64,000 nucleotides of DNA from an uncultured delta proteobacterium. Lineage in GTDB: Bacteria; Desulfobacterota; Binatia; UBA9968. Within the stretch, counting starts at the first letter, position 1. Each line of letters begins with the position of its first letter. The stretch spans positions 1-64,000 of the forward strand of contig CAVWLW010000032.1 of assembly GCA_963755715.1 (NCBI GenBank), written 5' to 3'. The translations under genes and the position numbers were made by a program. Positions 1 to 9,845 of the stretch are shown here, piece by piece. The notes below the pieces were generated by a model. The model was not told the DNA's origin. It was given only the letters and a program-made list of their open reading frames with translations, and made no database searches.

Positions 1-34
1 AATGAGAATTAAATGCATTAAAAGTCTGCTCGAT

Positions 35-250
35 TGTTTCCATTTTGTTTCCACATTAACTCGGCGAAATCATAAGAACGGGGGTCTACTAATCTATGAG
101 CCTTGTTTTTTCTGCGGTTTTTCTGGTTCCGACTTATTGGGAAGCGAGTTTTTGTTTTTCGTAATCAGTAGGTCGCCGGTTCGACTCCGGCGGGTGGCTC
201 CAGTTTTTTCCTTTTCAATGGTTTACGGAAACACTGAATAACTGTTTCCA
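35..250. repeat. TGTTTCCA repeats flanking the tRNA fragment (putative integrase arm-type sites)
   Basis: TGTTTCCA at 35-42, 46-53 and 243-250; inverted GGAAACA at 227-233; IHF-like TTTCAATGGTTTA near 213-225. Confidence 0.5.
158..202 (+). tRNA. 3' half of tRNA-Thr(CGT), partial copy; probable att core of an integrative element
   Basis: TTCGTAA anticodon loop, TCAGT, variable loop AGGTC, T-arm GCCGG-TTCGACT-CCGGC, acceptor strand GGGTGGC-T-CCA. Upstream is a T-rich tract that cannot form the D-arm or 5' acceptor strand. Confidence 0.85.
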
Positions 251-482
251 GTGAGAACTGGGGAGAAATGGTTACAATCCCTTACAATGATCGCTACAGT
301 AGTGATTTTTTTTCACGCGACCGGCACGTTTTCTATCTGCTCCTTGTTGAGGCCGGCGAGCTCGGAAATCGGAGTTTGGTCTCAAGCAGCCCATAAACGC
401 AAAGTTTTTCCTGAAGGGTGTGGGCGACCGCAAAGAGACGGTCGGCTTCTTCGATTGAGAGCGTTCGCGTTTGTACTGTAGG

Positions 483-1055
483 TCATGTTTTTTTATTTCG
501 GTTGACGGATAGAGGCAGCGACTCGAGTAAAGTCTCGCGTAACGTCTGGTCTGCCGAGAGGTTCCGAAGCCTCTGCCCCAACATACCCATTATCTGCTCT
601 ACGGGTTTTAACAACGCGGGTGGAAGGCGTATACGTTCAACGTCCCAAAGGAGAGGATCACAATAATACACAATGGCTAGTCGAATAGCCCCTTGAAGAT
701 TTGAGTTCCTCAATTCTTCGATCGAGTCGGCAATTTCTTCGAGACCTTCGCGAATGAATATTAGCTTTTCATTATTCTGTCCCACCTGAGCTGCAATCGT
801 ATCGATTTGCTGCTGAGTCTCCTGAGTCTCCGCTTCGATTCTCTTCTTTTCAATGTCGTGAATTGCTTCTACGTTCGTTTTGTAAGACTGGTGCCATTCT
901 TCACGATCTTTGATTTGCCGGCGATACTCATCACGTTCGGCTGAGATGGTGCTCCAATGGGTCGCGACGTAGAAGAAGTCGCCGATGCCTTTAAGCGTGG
1001 GGAGCTTCTTGATCAGCGTGTTTAGCCACTCCATTGGTAAGGTAGGGTGTCGCAC
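483..1055 (-). CDS. Hypothetical protein with a predicted coiled-coil central region
   Basis: 190-aa ORF in the lower-GC region next to the att-like site; E/Q/K/R-rich helical segment; no family recognised. Confidence 0.5.
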   Translation of the reverse strand: MRHPTLPMEWLNTLIKKLPTLKGIGDFFYVATHWSTISAERDEYRRQIKDREEWHQSYKTNVEAIHDIEKKRIEAETQETQQQIDTIAAQVGQNNEKLIFIREGLEEIADSIEELRNSNLQGAIRLAIVYYCDPLLWDVERIRLPPALLKPVEQIMGMLGQRLRNLSADQTLRETLLESLPLSVNRNKKT

Positions 1056-1764
1056 TTGATGTAGGAAAGCGACATCTTGTCGTAATCCTACCGTAGTCGT
1101 TTAGAGGCGGTCAATAAAAAATTGTGGATAAGTGTCGCCTTTATGGATGGAAGGAGAGAGAGTAGAGGGTCAAGTCTTTACTCTTGCTGTCAAGCGGCAC
1201 TCGACCTGTTTCTCGGATCACCAGCGTTGATAGGACAATCCCAGTCTTGAATCTTGACATCTAGCGCTCGATTATGGGCCGCCACAGCGATTTGTCCCGC
1301 TGTCATTCGTCCGATCCCGTCGAGTACGGACCCCGCTGAATGCCAACCGCTAGGCGTCACGGCGCCGCAAAGCTCCACCACCCGCCGGCTCGCGCCATCG
1401 TCACGCCCACGGTTTTCGGCACGGGTATAATGTTGGGATTTGGTTGTTTGCTATTTGATTCTTTGCCCATTTTCATCGCCAAGGACGCTTCCATCTTCAA
1501 ACGAGATGAGCACTAACCTCTTTCAAGATTGGAGCTTTTTAAACTCGAATTCGGCAACGTCCTGATCTTCCAAGTGGCGGCCAGACCGCGTGACTCTCTC
1601 CGCGAATTTCAGTCAACTCTCTGACGATTGACATCCTCGCTCGTTGAGCGTTAAATTTTCGTTCAGAACGCAGGTGGCTTAAATTTTCGATACATCGCAC
1701 CGGGTGGCCGGGCGGGGCGGAAATGGCAGCTGTCGGCAGAGTAGAAGCTCGAAAGGAAGTTCCC

Positions 1765-3297
1765 TTGCCCAATCAGGACCGTCTCAACATCGCGGTGTTC
1801 ATCGACTTCGACAACGTCGAGATTGGCGTCAAATCGACGCTTGGTGAGAATTTCGACGTCGGCGCCATCCTCGACGCCTTAAAGGAGCGCGGCGAGGTGG
1901 TCACCAAGATCGCCTACGCCGACTGGACGCGCGCGGGCGAATACAGCCGGCACCTCACGCAGCACGCCATCCGCCTGGTACAGCGCAACCTCACGCCCGG
2001 CGGCGACAAGAACGGCGCCGACATCAACCTGGCGCTCGATGCCCTCGAAATGGCCTTCACGCACCCGCATATCAACGCGTACGTGATCGTCGGCGGCGAC
2101 AGCGACTTCCTCTCGCTTGTCGAAAAGCTCAAGCAATACGATAAGAAAGTGTTCGTCGTCGGCGGCCGAGCGTTCACCAGCACTATCCTCCAGCGCAACT
2201 GCCACGAGTTCATCGCCTATGAGAACCTGACGGGAGGCCGCCGCTCGGTCGCCAGGAGCGGCCGTCCGGCAGTGCCCGCCGCCTCCGCGCCCATCGCGCA
2301 GGCGTTCCCCATTGTGCGGCGCGCGCTGAAGATCCTGTCCGAGCGCGAAGTCTCGCCGCAGATCGGCCTGCTCAAGAGCACGCTGCTCCAGCTCGACTCG
2401 ACTTTCTCCGAGCGGACGTATGGTACGTCGTCGTTCCTCGATTTCGTCGAGAAGGTGGCGCAATCGGGTCTCGTCCAGCTAAAGCACGCCGGTCGAAGCG
2501 TTATGGTTGAGCTGAACGAAAATTTCGACGAAAGCGGGTCTTCGACCGCTGTCGTGGCGAGCCGGCCCGTCGCCGTCGCAGAGACGGGCGACGAAGGTCA
2601 TGGAGCTGCGCCCGAGGCCGAGACCGAGCCGCGGGCGGTGATGGCCGAGGCCGTGCAGGCGTCCCAGCTCGCCCCGGTCGAGGCACCAGTCGTGCCGAAG
2701 GGCGATCAGGCTGACGGGGTCCGTCTGGTGGGCCAGATCCTGACCGCTGCCACGACGGCACGGTGGCCGATGTACTTGCGCAATTTCAAGCAGCTTTTAC
2801 GAGCCGCCGAGGGCGGCTTCGACGAGCGGCGATACGGGTTCATGGGGCTGCTCGATCTGCTGCGCGCAGGTCAGCGCGAGGGCCTCGTGCGACTCGAGCG
2901 GGATCGTCGAGGAGGCCTGCGCGTGTTGAAGGGGCCGGCGTTGCAGCAGACCGGACCGTCGCCCGCGATCGACCCATCCCAAGAAGTGACGAAAGCTGAA
3001 CCCGAAGCCGGGCGCTTAGACTCGCTGGATACGCAACCCGTCGAAGCTGAGGACCGATTCGCGCTGGAAGAACAGGCCGAGGAGGATCGGTTCAATGTCG
3101 AGCCGATCCCGACCGACACGATGGCCGGGCCCCTCGATAGCACCAAGCCGAGACGTCTGCGCAGCCGCGTCGCGGCCGCTGCACCTGTGGCAGCGCGTGT
3201 GCCGCGAAAGGCGACTCCGAAAAAGCCACCGGCGCGCGCAGCCACGCGGTCGAAAAAGCCGGCCGGATCCCAGTCGCCCGGCAAGAACAAGGTCTGA
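1765..3297 (+). CDS. NYN (LabA/DUF88) domain protein with OST-HTH/LOTUS domains and a low-complexity tail
   Basis: IAVFIDFDN, DKNGADINLALDA and GGDSDF NYN motifs; LOTUS-like FSERTYGTSSFLDF and FDERRYGFMGLLDLL. Start uncertain (TTG ~1765 or ORF start 1723). Confidence 0.88.
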   Translation: MPNQDRLNIAVFIDFDNVEIGVKSTLGENFDVGAILDALKERGEVVTKIAYADWTRAGEYSRHLTQHAIRLVQRNLTPGGDKNGADINLALDALEMAFTHPHINAYVIVGGDSDFLSLVEKLKQYDKKVFVVGGRAFTSTILQRNCHEFIAYENLTGGRRSVARSGRPAVPAASAPIAQAFPIVRRALKILSEREVSPQIGLLKSTLLQLDSTFSERTYGTSSFLDFVEKVAQSGLVQLKHAGRSVMVELNENFDESGSSTAVVASRPVAVAETGDEGHGAAPEAETEPRAVMAEAVQASQLAPVEAPVVPKGDQADGVRLVGQILTAATTARWPMYLRNFKQLLRAAEGGFDERRYGFMGLLDLLRAGQREGLVRLERDRRGGLRVLKGPALQQTGPSPAIDPSQEVTKAEPEAGRLDSLDTQPVEAEDRFALEEQAEEDRFNVEPIPTDTMAGPLDSTKPRRLRSRVAAAAPVAARVPRKATPKKPPARAATRSKKPAGSQSPGKNKV

Positions 3298-3477
3298 CGC
3301 TCCCGGTCTCGGTCCCATGAGCTGTTTAATCGAGGGTCTACCATTGGAATTTAGCAGCTGTGAAGGTCGCTCTCGGAAGAACTTCAACACCGATTGTTGG
3401 CGAGGTGTGACGACTTTGAAATTTTTCTGGGCTGAGGATGAAAAGGCGCGCGCTCTTAAATCGATTAGCCTTATAAA

Positions 3478-4474
3478 TCAGTACGGCAACCTCGTCCCGA
3501 TGCCTTTTTCCAGCGCGCTCTGGTAAATCGCGTTAGCCATCGCGATGTCTTGATTGACGAGACCGATGGCGCGGATGAAGATGCGCTCTTTGTCGGACTG
3601 GCGGCGCGGGCTTTTTGCCCGAGAGCAGTTCCGGCAGTTCCGCATAGAGATCTTTTTCACTCAGGTAATTCTCTTTGATCATGCGCTGCATGTCCGATTT
3701 GTTCTTGCAGTGCAGCCAGCTGTCGACGACGAACTTGTCGGCGTGCTTGTAGACTTCGCTTTCCATCTCCTGGTTTTTGCCGATGGAGTAAACCGTTATT
3801 CCGTTGCCGAGCCAGCTATCTTTCACGAACGGCGTTGACGTGGTCGTCGCCGAGACGACGAGATCCGCGCCATCGAGCGCGGCTTCCGTCGATTCCACCG
3901 CGCGCACATTGAGGCCGTATTCTTTGCTGATTTCTTTGGCGTAGCTCTCGCGCGACGCCGGCGTACGCGAGGTGACGCGGATTTCCTTCAACGCGAAAGC
4001 CTTGGCCATTACCGGCACGGCGGCGCGGGCGGTATCGCCGGCGCCGAGCATCGCCATGACGGACGAGTCCTTGCGCGCGAGCACGCGCATGGCGACTGTC
4101 GCCGCCGCCGCGGTGCGCACGGCATGGCACCAGTCTTCGTCCATGATCGCGCGAATCTCGCCGCCTTCGCGGTCGCTGAGAATCAGAATTCTTCTTGGGC
4201 CGCGCGGCGGACGCGACGTATCTCGGCTGCCGCCGGCGGCTTTGATCGAACGGATGCGAAAGCCGGCTACCGGCTCGCTGACCAAGGCGCAGCCAGTGAC
4301 CCACGACTGCCAGCCTTGTTCGGGCTTGATCGCTAAATCTTCCGGCGTCGACCAGATCACGCGCCCTTCGCTGTGGTCGCGCAGCGCTTGCTCGGTGATT
4401 TCAATGGCACGGCCGAGATCGAGAACTTTTTTTACGTCCTCGTTCGATAAATAAACAATCCCTTGGGCATCCAT
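3478..4474 (-). CDS. Ornithine cyclodeaminase/mu-crystallin family protein (frameshift near 3600)
   Basis: VRTAAAA, LGAGDTA Rossmann motif, ADLVVSATT; the C-terminus (IGLVNQDIAMANAIY..ALEKGIGTRL) is in the overlapping ORF 3478-3660. Confidence 0.88.
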
Positions 4475-4476
4475 GG

Positions 4477-5613
4477 CTATTGAACAATACTTAAATCGCG
4501 GTAGCCCGTGGTCAGAAACTCCGGCCCTTTCTCGGTAATAAGCACGTCTTCTTCGAGATGGACGGCGCTTTTTTCCGAGCGCACTTTGGGTTCCAGGGCG
4601 AGGACCATGCCTGGACGATAGAGTTCCGTTTCCACTTCGTTGAGTGACGGCGGCTCGGCGCGGGACATACCGATGCCGTGGCCAATGCGTTTTGGGCTGT
4701 CCACGGCTTGGTAGCCGCGCTTGACCAATTCCCGGTTCGCCACACGCGACACCTCGGCGATAGGCGTGCCCGGTTGCATCGACTCAAAACAGAGCTGGAT
4801 AACATCGCAGGCGGTCTCATGATCTTTTTTGTGTTCGTCGGTGGGTTCGCCGAAGATCGTCATGCGCGTGACATCGCCGTAGTAGCCTTCGTAACAGGCG
4901 CCGAAGTCGGCGACCATGCGGTCGCCTTTGTTATAACGGCGCTCGTCGTAACGGGTCGACGAGTTAAGCATTAGAAACCCGGGATGGCGCGGATGGGCGC
5001 CTTCTTCGATCATGGAGATATAGAGGCGATCAGCGATCTCGCGCCGCGTCATGCCGGGCTTTAAAAGCGGCAAGCAACGATCATAGGCTTTGACGGAAAT
5101 GTCGCAGGCTTTGCGCAGGAACTCGATTTCCCGCGAGCTTTTAAGGATGCGCATTTCGGTGAGCGCCGCAGTGCCGTCTTTGATCTGCGCTTTTGGTAGA
5201 GCTTCGGTGAGACCCGACAGATAATTGACCGGAATACCCAAACGTTGATCGTCGCCGAGCTCGAAGCCGAGTTTGGCTTCGCCCAGTCCCATTTCCTTGA
5301 TAGCGCCGGCGATCATCTCCTGAGGAAACGGCACGTCGGTATAGGCGCGCACCTCGCCGACCCACGGCAGCGCCTTGGCTTTGGCTTTGTCGTTGCCGTA
5401 GACGAGCAGCAGCGGTTTGCCGCTTTTAGGAAGAATACAAAGCTGCGGTCGCTGGATGTGATCCAGCTGATAACTGATCAGACCGCTAAAGTACCAGTAG
5501 TTGTTTTTTTCCGAGACGACGAGCGCGTCGAGACCATCGCGCTCCATGAGCGCTTGGGCGCGTTGATAACGATCCAAATATTCTTGATCGATGAACGGCG
5601 CTTCGGTTGCCAT
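4477..5613 (-). CDS. M24 family (Xaa-Pro peptidase/creatinase-like) metallohydrolase
   Basis: Creatinase N-domain (LDALVV..NNYWYFSG); metal ligands DFGA..YYGD, GHGIG, LEP, EED. Confidence 0.9.
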   Translation of the reverse strand: MATEAPFIDQEYLDRYQRAQALMERDGLDALVVSEKNNYWYFSGLISYQLDHIQRPQLCILPKSGKPLLLVYGNDKAKAKALPWVGEVRAYTDVPFPQEMIAGAIKEMGLGEAKLGFELGDDQRLGIPVNYLSGLTEALPKAQIKDGTAALTEMRILKSSREIEFLRKACDISVKAYDRCLPLLKPGMTRREIADRLYISMIEEGAHPRHPGFLMLNSSTRYDERRYNKGDRMVADFGACYEGYYGDVTRMTIFGEPTDEHKKDHETACDVIQLCFESMQPGTPIAEVSRVANRELVKRGYQAVDSPKRIGHGIGMSRAEPPSLNEVETELYRPGMVLALEPKVRSEKSAVHLEEDVLITEKGPEFLTTGYRDLSIVQ

Positions 5614-5632
5614 ATCCGTCTCCTTCGGCTGA

Positions 5633-6341
5633 TCAGCTGGCGATCGCTTTTCGGCCTTCCAGTCTTTTTATCTTACCGACGTAGTCCAGCGCTTCGGGTA
5701 GTTGAATCACGGTTGCGTACTTCGCATTCATCTCGAACAGATTGACCAAATGCGAGGTGCGCGAGCGATCGAAGATGCATTCTTCGACTGGAAATACCGG
5801 ATAGCCGTAAGAATAGCCGTCGAGCACGGTGCCGCGCACGCAGCCGCAGGTGCTGGTGCCGGCGACAAGCAAACAATCGATGTTCTTGCGCACGAGATAA
5901 GTGATCAGATGCGTGCCGAAAAAGGCGCTGGCGCGGGCTTTGCGCACGATGAATTCATTGTCGCTAGGCTTGATCATCGTCGGGGAATTCAACCGCGAGT
6001 TTTTCAAAGTCGGTTTTGTCGACGCCGCGCTTGGTGGCGTTGCCGAAGGCGGCTTTGAAATCGGGATCGCTGGTGGAATAAATCACCGGGATTTCGGCGT
6101 CGCGGCAGGCGTGGAGCAATTCCTTGATTTTCGGCAGCGCATCCCAGGCGACTTGGCCGCAGCTCGTCGGAAATTCATCGATCGCATCCATGACCGGCAT
6201 CGGTTTTGTCCCGGTGAAACCGGTGATGACGTCGATGATGATTAAAGCCGGGTTGACGCCGAACTTGTCTTTGCCTTTATAGCCGGCCTTCTCGTAAATT
6301 TTTCTTTCTTCTTCGGGGACAAATGCTTCCCATTCTCTCAT
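5633..6341 (-). CDS. Isochorismatase/cysteine hydrolase family (N-carbamoylsarcosine amidase/maleamate amidase-like; frameshift near 5985)
   Basis: PALIIIDV, KARASAFFGT and GTSTCGCVRGTVLD motifs across ORFs 5964-6341 and 5633-6007. Confidence 0.88.
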
Positions 6342-6357
6342 GATGACCTCCTATCAC

Positions 6358-7381
6358 CTATCGGATGCCAAGGGCATCGTTGTGTAATTTCGTTATTTCG
6401 CGCAGGTTTTTATAATTGTCCGGCGTCACCACGCGGCGGCGAAAGCCTTCGAAAAGTTTCGGCGGGTCGGGCTTGACGTCTTTGCGCGGGCCGATGCGGC
6501 GAAAGGTTTTTAGAAACTCCTGCCCGTCCTTCGAGATCAAATAGTCGATAAACAGTTTGGCCGAGTTGGGATGCGCCGCCTTGGCCGACAGCATGGCGAC
6601 GTTCAATTCAACCGCGACCGGCTCCAGCGGAATCCAATCCACCGGCGCGCCGGTTTGCTTCATGCGCTCGATGACTTGGGCATAGACGAAGGTCATCGAG
6701 CGCTCGCCGACGCTGACGAAATTGGCCCGGTTGGTGTTGCCGCGCAGAAACACCGGCTCCTGCTTGGCCAGGCCTTTGAAATAGTTGATCGCTTTTTCCT
6801 GGCCCCATTCCTGGCTCAGCGCGACAAAGACGTCGTGATTTTCGATGTCGATGATGAATTTTTGCTTGTACTGCGGCTTGAGCAGGTCATCGTAAGTTTT
6901 CGGCAGATCGTTGCGCGAGATCACTTTGGTGTTGTAGCCGAGCACGAGCGTGTTCAGATAAACCGTCGACCAATATCCTTTGGCATCGTAGAGATCATCG
7001 TACAGATTGGCAAATTCGGGCGACATATAGGGCGCGATCAGATTGCGTTCGCGCATCGGTGTCAGCGAAGGCGAGATGCCGACGGCAACATCGAACTTGC
7101 TCGCGCCCGCCTGCGCTTCGGTGAGAATCCGGCTGACCATCGCCGTGCCGCCAAGCCGAACGAGATCGGCTTTGATAAATGGATATTTTTTGTTGAAGGC
7201 ATCGAGCAGCGGTTTGCTGTTCTGGATGTCCATGGTGGTGTAGAAAACCATGGCGCCTTCCTTTTTTGCGGCGTCGATCATGTTTGACTCGGCGCCGAAG
7301 GCGAATGACGGCGCAGAGCTGGAGGAAGAAGAAGACTAATAGGAACGCATAGGCCATATATTGTTTATTGTTCCGATCCAA
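6358..7381 (-). CDS. ABC transporter extracellular solute-binding protein (Fe/thiamine/polyamine-type; frameshift near 7290)
   Basis: AAKKEG..VFYTT, AAHPNSAKLFIDYLISKDGQ; signal peptide MAYAFLLVFFFLQL in the overlapping frame. Confidence 0.85.
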
Positions 7382-8450
7382 TCAAGGCGAGTACAACTTA
7401 TCGCCGCGCTTGGTCATGAACAAATCCAACGGCAGCTCGGACCCGATGCCTTTCTCCTTGGCTTTTTCATACATCTTTCGCGCCGTGGCAGCGAACTGGA
7501 TGCCCATGCCGGTGTTGTTCTTGAAAAAAGTAATCTCTTGGTCGTCTTGACGGCCGCGGCATTTGCCATTCAATAGATCGCCGAGCTCGTGCAGATCTTC
7601 GGCTTTGATCAGGCCGCGCGCGAGCCGCTCGTGAAACTCCGCCTGTTTGTCGAGAAAAATTTGCGGCTTGTAGCCGACGATAATCAGGTTTGCTCTTCTG
7701 ATCGCTTCGTCGTCCAGCTCTTTGCGCGGCAGATAACCGTCGCCGCCAACCAAGCTAGTCACATGCATGCCGTCTTCGAGCCAACGGCCTTCGACGACCG
7801 GATCGACCGTGTTGGTCGCAGCGCTCACGATATCGCTCCCGCGCACAGCTTCCTCGGCAGATGCCACGGGCACAACTTCGACTCCGGTTTCTTGGCTCAT
7901 CTCCCGGGCAAATTTCTCACGATTGGCTTTGGTCGGACTGTAAACTTTGATTTTTGACAGCGGCCGGACAACTAGATGTGCCGTAACTTGTGTTCTGGCT
8001 TGTTCACCGGAACCCAGGAGTCCCATGACCTTGGCGTCTTGGCGCGCCAGATATTTGCTGGCGACGGCGCTGGTCGCGGCGACGCGCATCGTCGAAATAT
8101 AGTGGTCGTCCATCATCGCCAAGATCTCGCAGGTGTCCATGTCGAAGAGCATGACAAGACCGATATAATCGCCGGGATAGACGCGCCGCTTGCTGCCGGC
8201 GACCTCGACATCCTTGGAAAAGCTCGAATCGATCCTCAACGCCATGGACTTGACGCCCGGCACCAGTCCCATGATGTTGTTGAAGTAATATTGCCCGCCT
8301 TCTTCTTTCCACGGCGTTCTGCAGCCGCGCGCGCGGCGCGTTCATCGCTTTGCCTTGGCCGAACTCGCGGAAGGCCTGCTCGATGGCATCGATTTCTTCG
8401 GACATGGGCAGTAAGTTTTCCATTTGAGCGTTTTTCAAGACGAGAACCAT
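7382..8450 (-). CDS. Ornithine cyclodeaminase/mu-crystallin family protein, second paralogue (frameshift near 8320)
   Basis: MRVAATSAVASKYLAR, LLGSGEQA, SDIVSAATN, FKNNTGMGIQFAA; N-terminus MVLVLKNAQME in the overlapping frame. Confidence 0.88.
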
Positions 8451-8620
8451 AAAAGCGGTCTCCTTCAACAAAATTGCCTATAACAGCGAGTGAAGTGCAG
8501 TCAAGTCAAGCGGACAAAATCTCATTCTGGTTACGAACCGGATGGGCCAAAAACACGAAGGGCCGGAGAAGTATTCCCCAGCCCTTCGTTCAATTGCGCA
8601 GATGAGATAGGCTAAGATTC

Positions 8621-8893
8621 TTAACCCTTCTTTTTTTTGAACCAGTCGGCGTCGATCTGAATGAATTGTTTCCACTTATCCGGAGTCGCCGCCTCCTCAA
8701 AGATCGCTTCGACGGGGCAGACCGGCTCACAAGCCCCACAGTCGATGCACTCCTCAGGATCGATGTAGAGCTTTTTCTCTTTTTCGAATTCTTCGGTCTC
8801 GTTTTTGGTCGGGTGGATGCAATCCACCGGGCAGACATCAACGCAAGCGGTATCCTTCACGTCGATGCAAGGCTCAGCAATGATATAGGTCAT
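8621..8893 (-). CDS. fdxA: 7Fe/8Fe ferredoxin (FdxA type)
   Basis: MTYIIAEPCIDVKDTACVDVCPVDCIH..YIDPEECIDCGACEPVCPVEAI. Confidence 0.95.
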   Translation of the reverse strand: MTYIIAEPCIDVKDTACVDVCPVDCIHPTKNETEEFEKEKKLYIDPEECIDCGACEPVCPVEAIFEEAATPDKWKQFIQIDADWFKKKKG

Positions 8894-9010
8894 CTCATCC
8901 TCCTAGGAATCGGGCTAAAATTTTTTATCAAATCGATTCCGGCAAGTCAATTAAAACGACATCGCGCGGGCCGGCTCTGGCCTTGTCTTACGAACCGATG
9001 GACGAAAACT

Positions 9011-9260
9011 ATGCGAATTGACCGGCTCATTGCCTTGATCCAAGTGAGCGCTTGGTTTTCGCTGCTCGGCGCGGCGCCGAGTCCCTCGGCCGGCGTCGAC
9101 GACGCTCTAAAGGACTATCCATAATCTCAGCAAGAGGGCGCGCGCAAAGAAGGCGAGATCATCTGGTACACGTCCATGGGTCTCACCGATTTTCCCAAGA
9201 TCGTCGGCGCCTTCGAGAAAACATTTCCCTACGTAAAGATCACGCACCAATCGTTTGTCA
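9011..9260 (+). pseudogene. Truncated 5' fragment of an extracellular solute-binding protein
   Basis: Signal peptide, internal stop, then EGARKEGEIIWYTSMG..FEKTFPYVKI (similar to the 6358-7381 protein); ends at a REP-like palindrome. Confidence 0.6.
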
Positions 9261-9274
9261 CAGTCTTCTCTCAT

Positions 9275-9308
9275 GTAGGCGGTGAAGGCGACCGCCGGTC
9301 GCCCCTAC
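9275..9308. repeat. REP-like GTAG..CCCCTAC palindrome (related copies ~35797-35820, ~49328, ~59283-59309)
   Basis: gtaggcggtgaaggcgaccgccggtcgcccctac; gtaggggcgtatggcatacgccct; gggcgcagcatgctacgcccctac. Confidence 0.55.
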
Positions 9309-9345
9309 GTTCGCAACCGTCCAGGCAAAACGTTACCATCCAGCG

Positions 9346-9795
9346 ATGCCCGTTGAAATCGCGCGCCGGGGCGCCGGCAAAAAGCTCCCGAGCCGCAAGC
9401 TCGAGAAAATCGCCGACGCGATTCTCAAGCTGGTCGGCCGAGACCAAGCTGAGTTAAGTCTCGCTTTGATCGGTAATTCGGAAATGCGGCAACTCAATGC
9501 CAGATACCGCCATAAAGATTATCCGACCGATGTGTTATCGTTTCCCATTGAAGGAACCGTGGCGGCGGAGAGCGGCCTACTCGGCGATGTGATTCTTTCG
9601 GTCGAGAAGGCACGGCAACAGGCAAAGGAGCGGCGCCACTCTCTGGATCTGGAAATGGCGACGCTTTTGATTCACGGCATCGTCCATCTGTTGGGCTATG
9701 ATCACGAGCGTTCCGCTAAGGATGCCCGGGCCATGGGACGCGTGGAAAAGAAGCTTTATCGCGCGCTTTGTGAGCGCGGATTAATAAAGGTATAA
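9346..9795 (+). CDS. ybeY: rRNA maturation endoribonuclease YbeY
   Basis: LNARYRHKDYPTDVLSF, LGDV and HGIVHLLGYDH motifs. Confidence 0.97.
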   Translation: MPVEIARRGAGKKLPSRKLEKIADAILKLVGRDQAELSLALIGNSEMRQLNARYRHKDYPTDVLSFPIEGTVAAESGLLGDVILSVEKARQQAKERRHSLDLEMATLLIHGIVHLLGYDHERSAKDARAMGRVEKKLYRALCERGLIKV

Positions 9796-9845
9796 TCCGT
9801 TTGTTATCGGCATTAATAAAATTTTTGCGCGTGGAAAGAATTTAG

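Noticed and set aside
158-202. Complete functional tRNA gene
   Set aside because: The 5' acceptor strand, D-arm and 5' anticodon stem are absent.
1879-3526. Long antisense and alternate-frame ORFs over the NYN gene (and similar ones throughout the window)
   Set aside because: Typical shadow ORFs of high-GC coding sequence, with no recognisable motifs.
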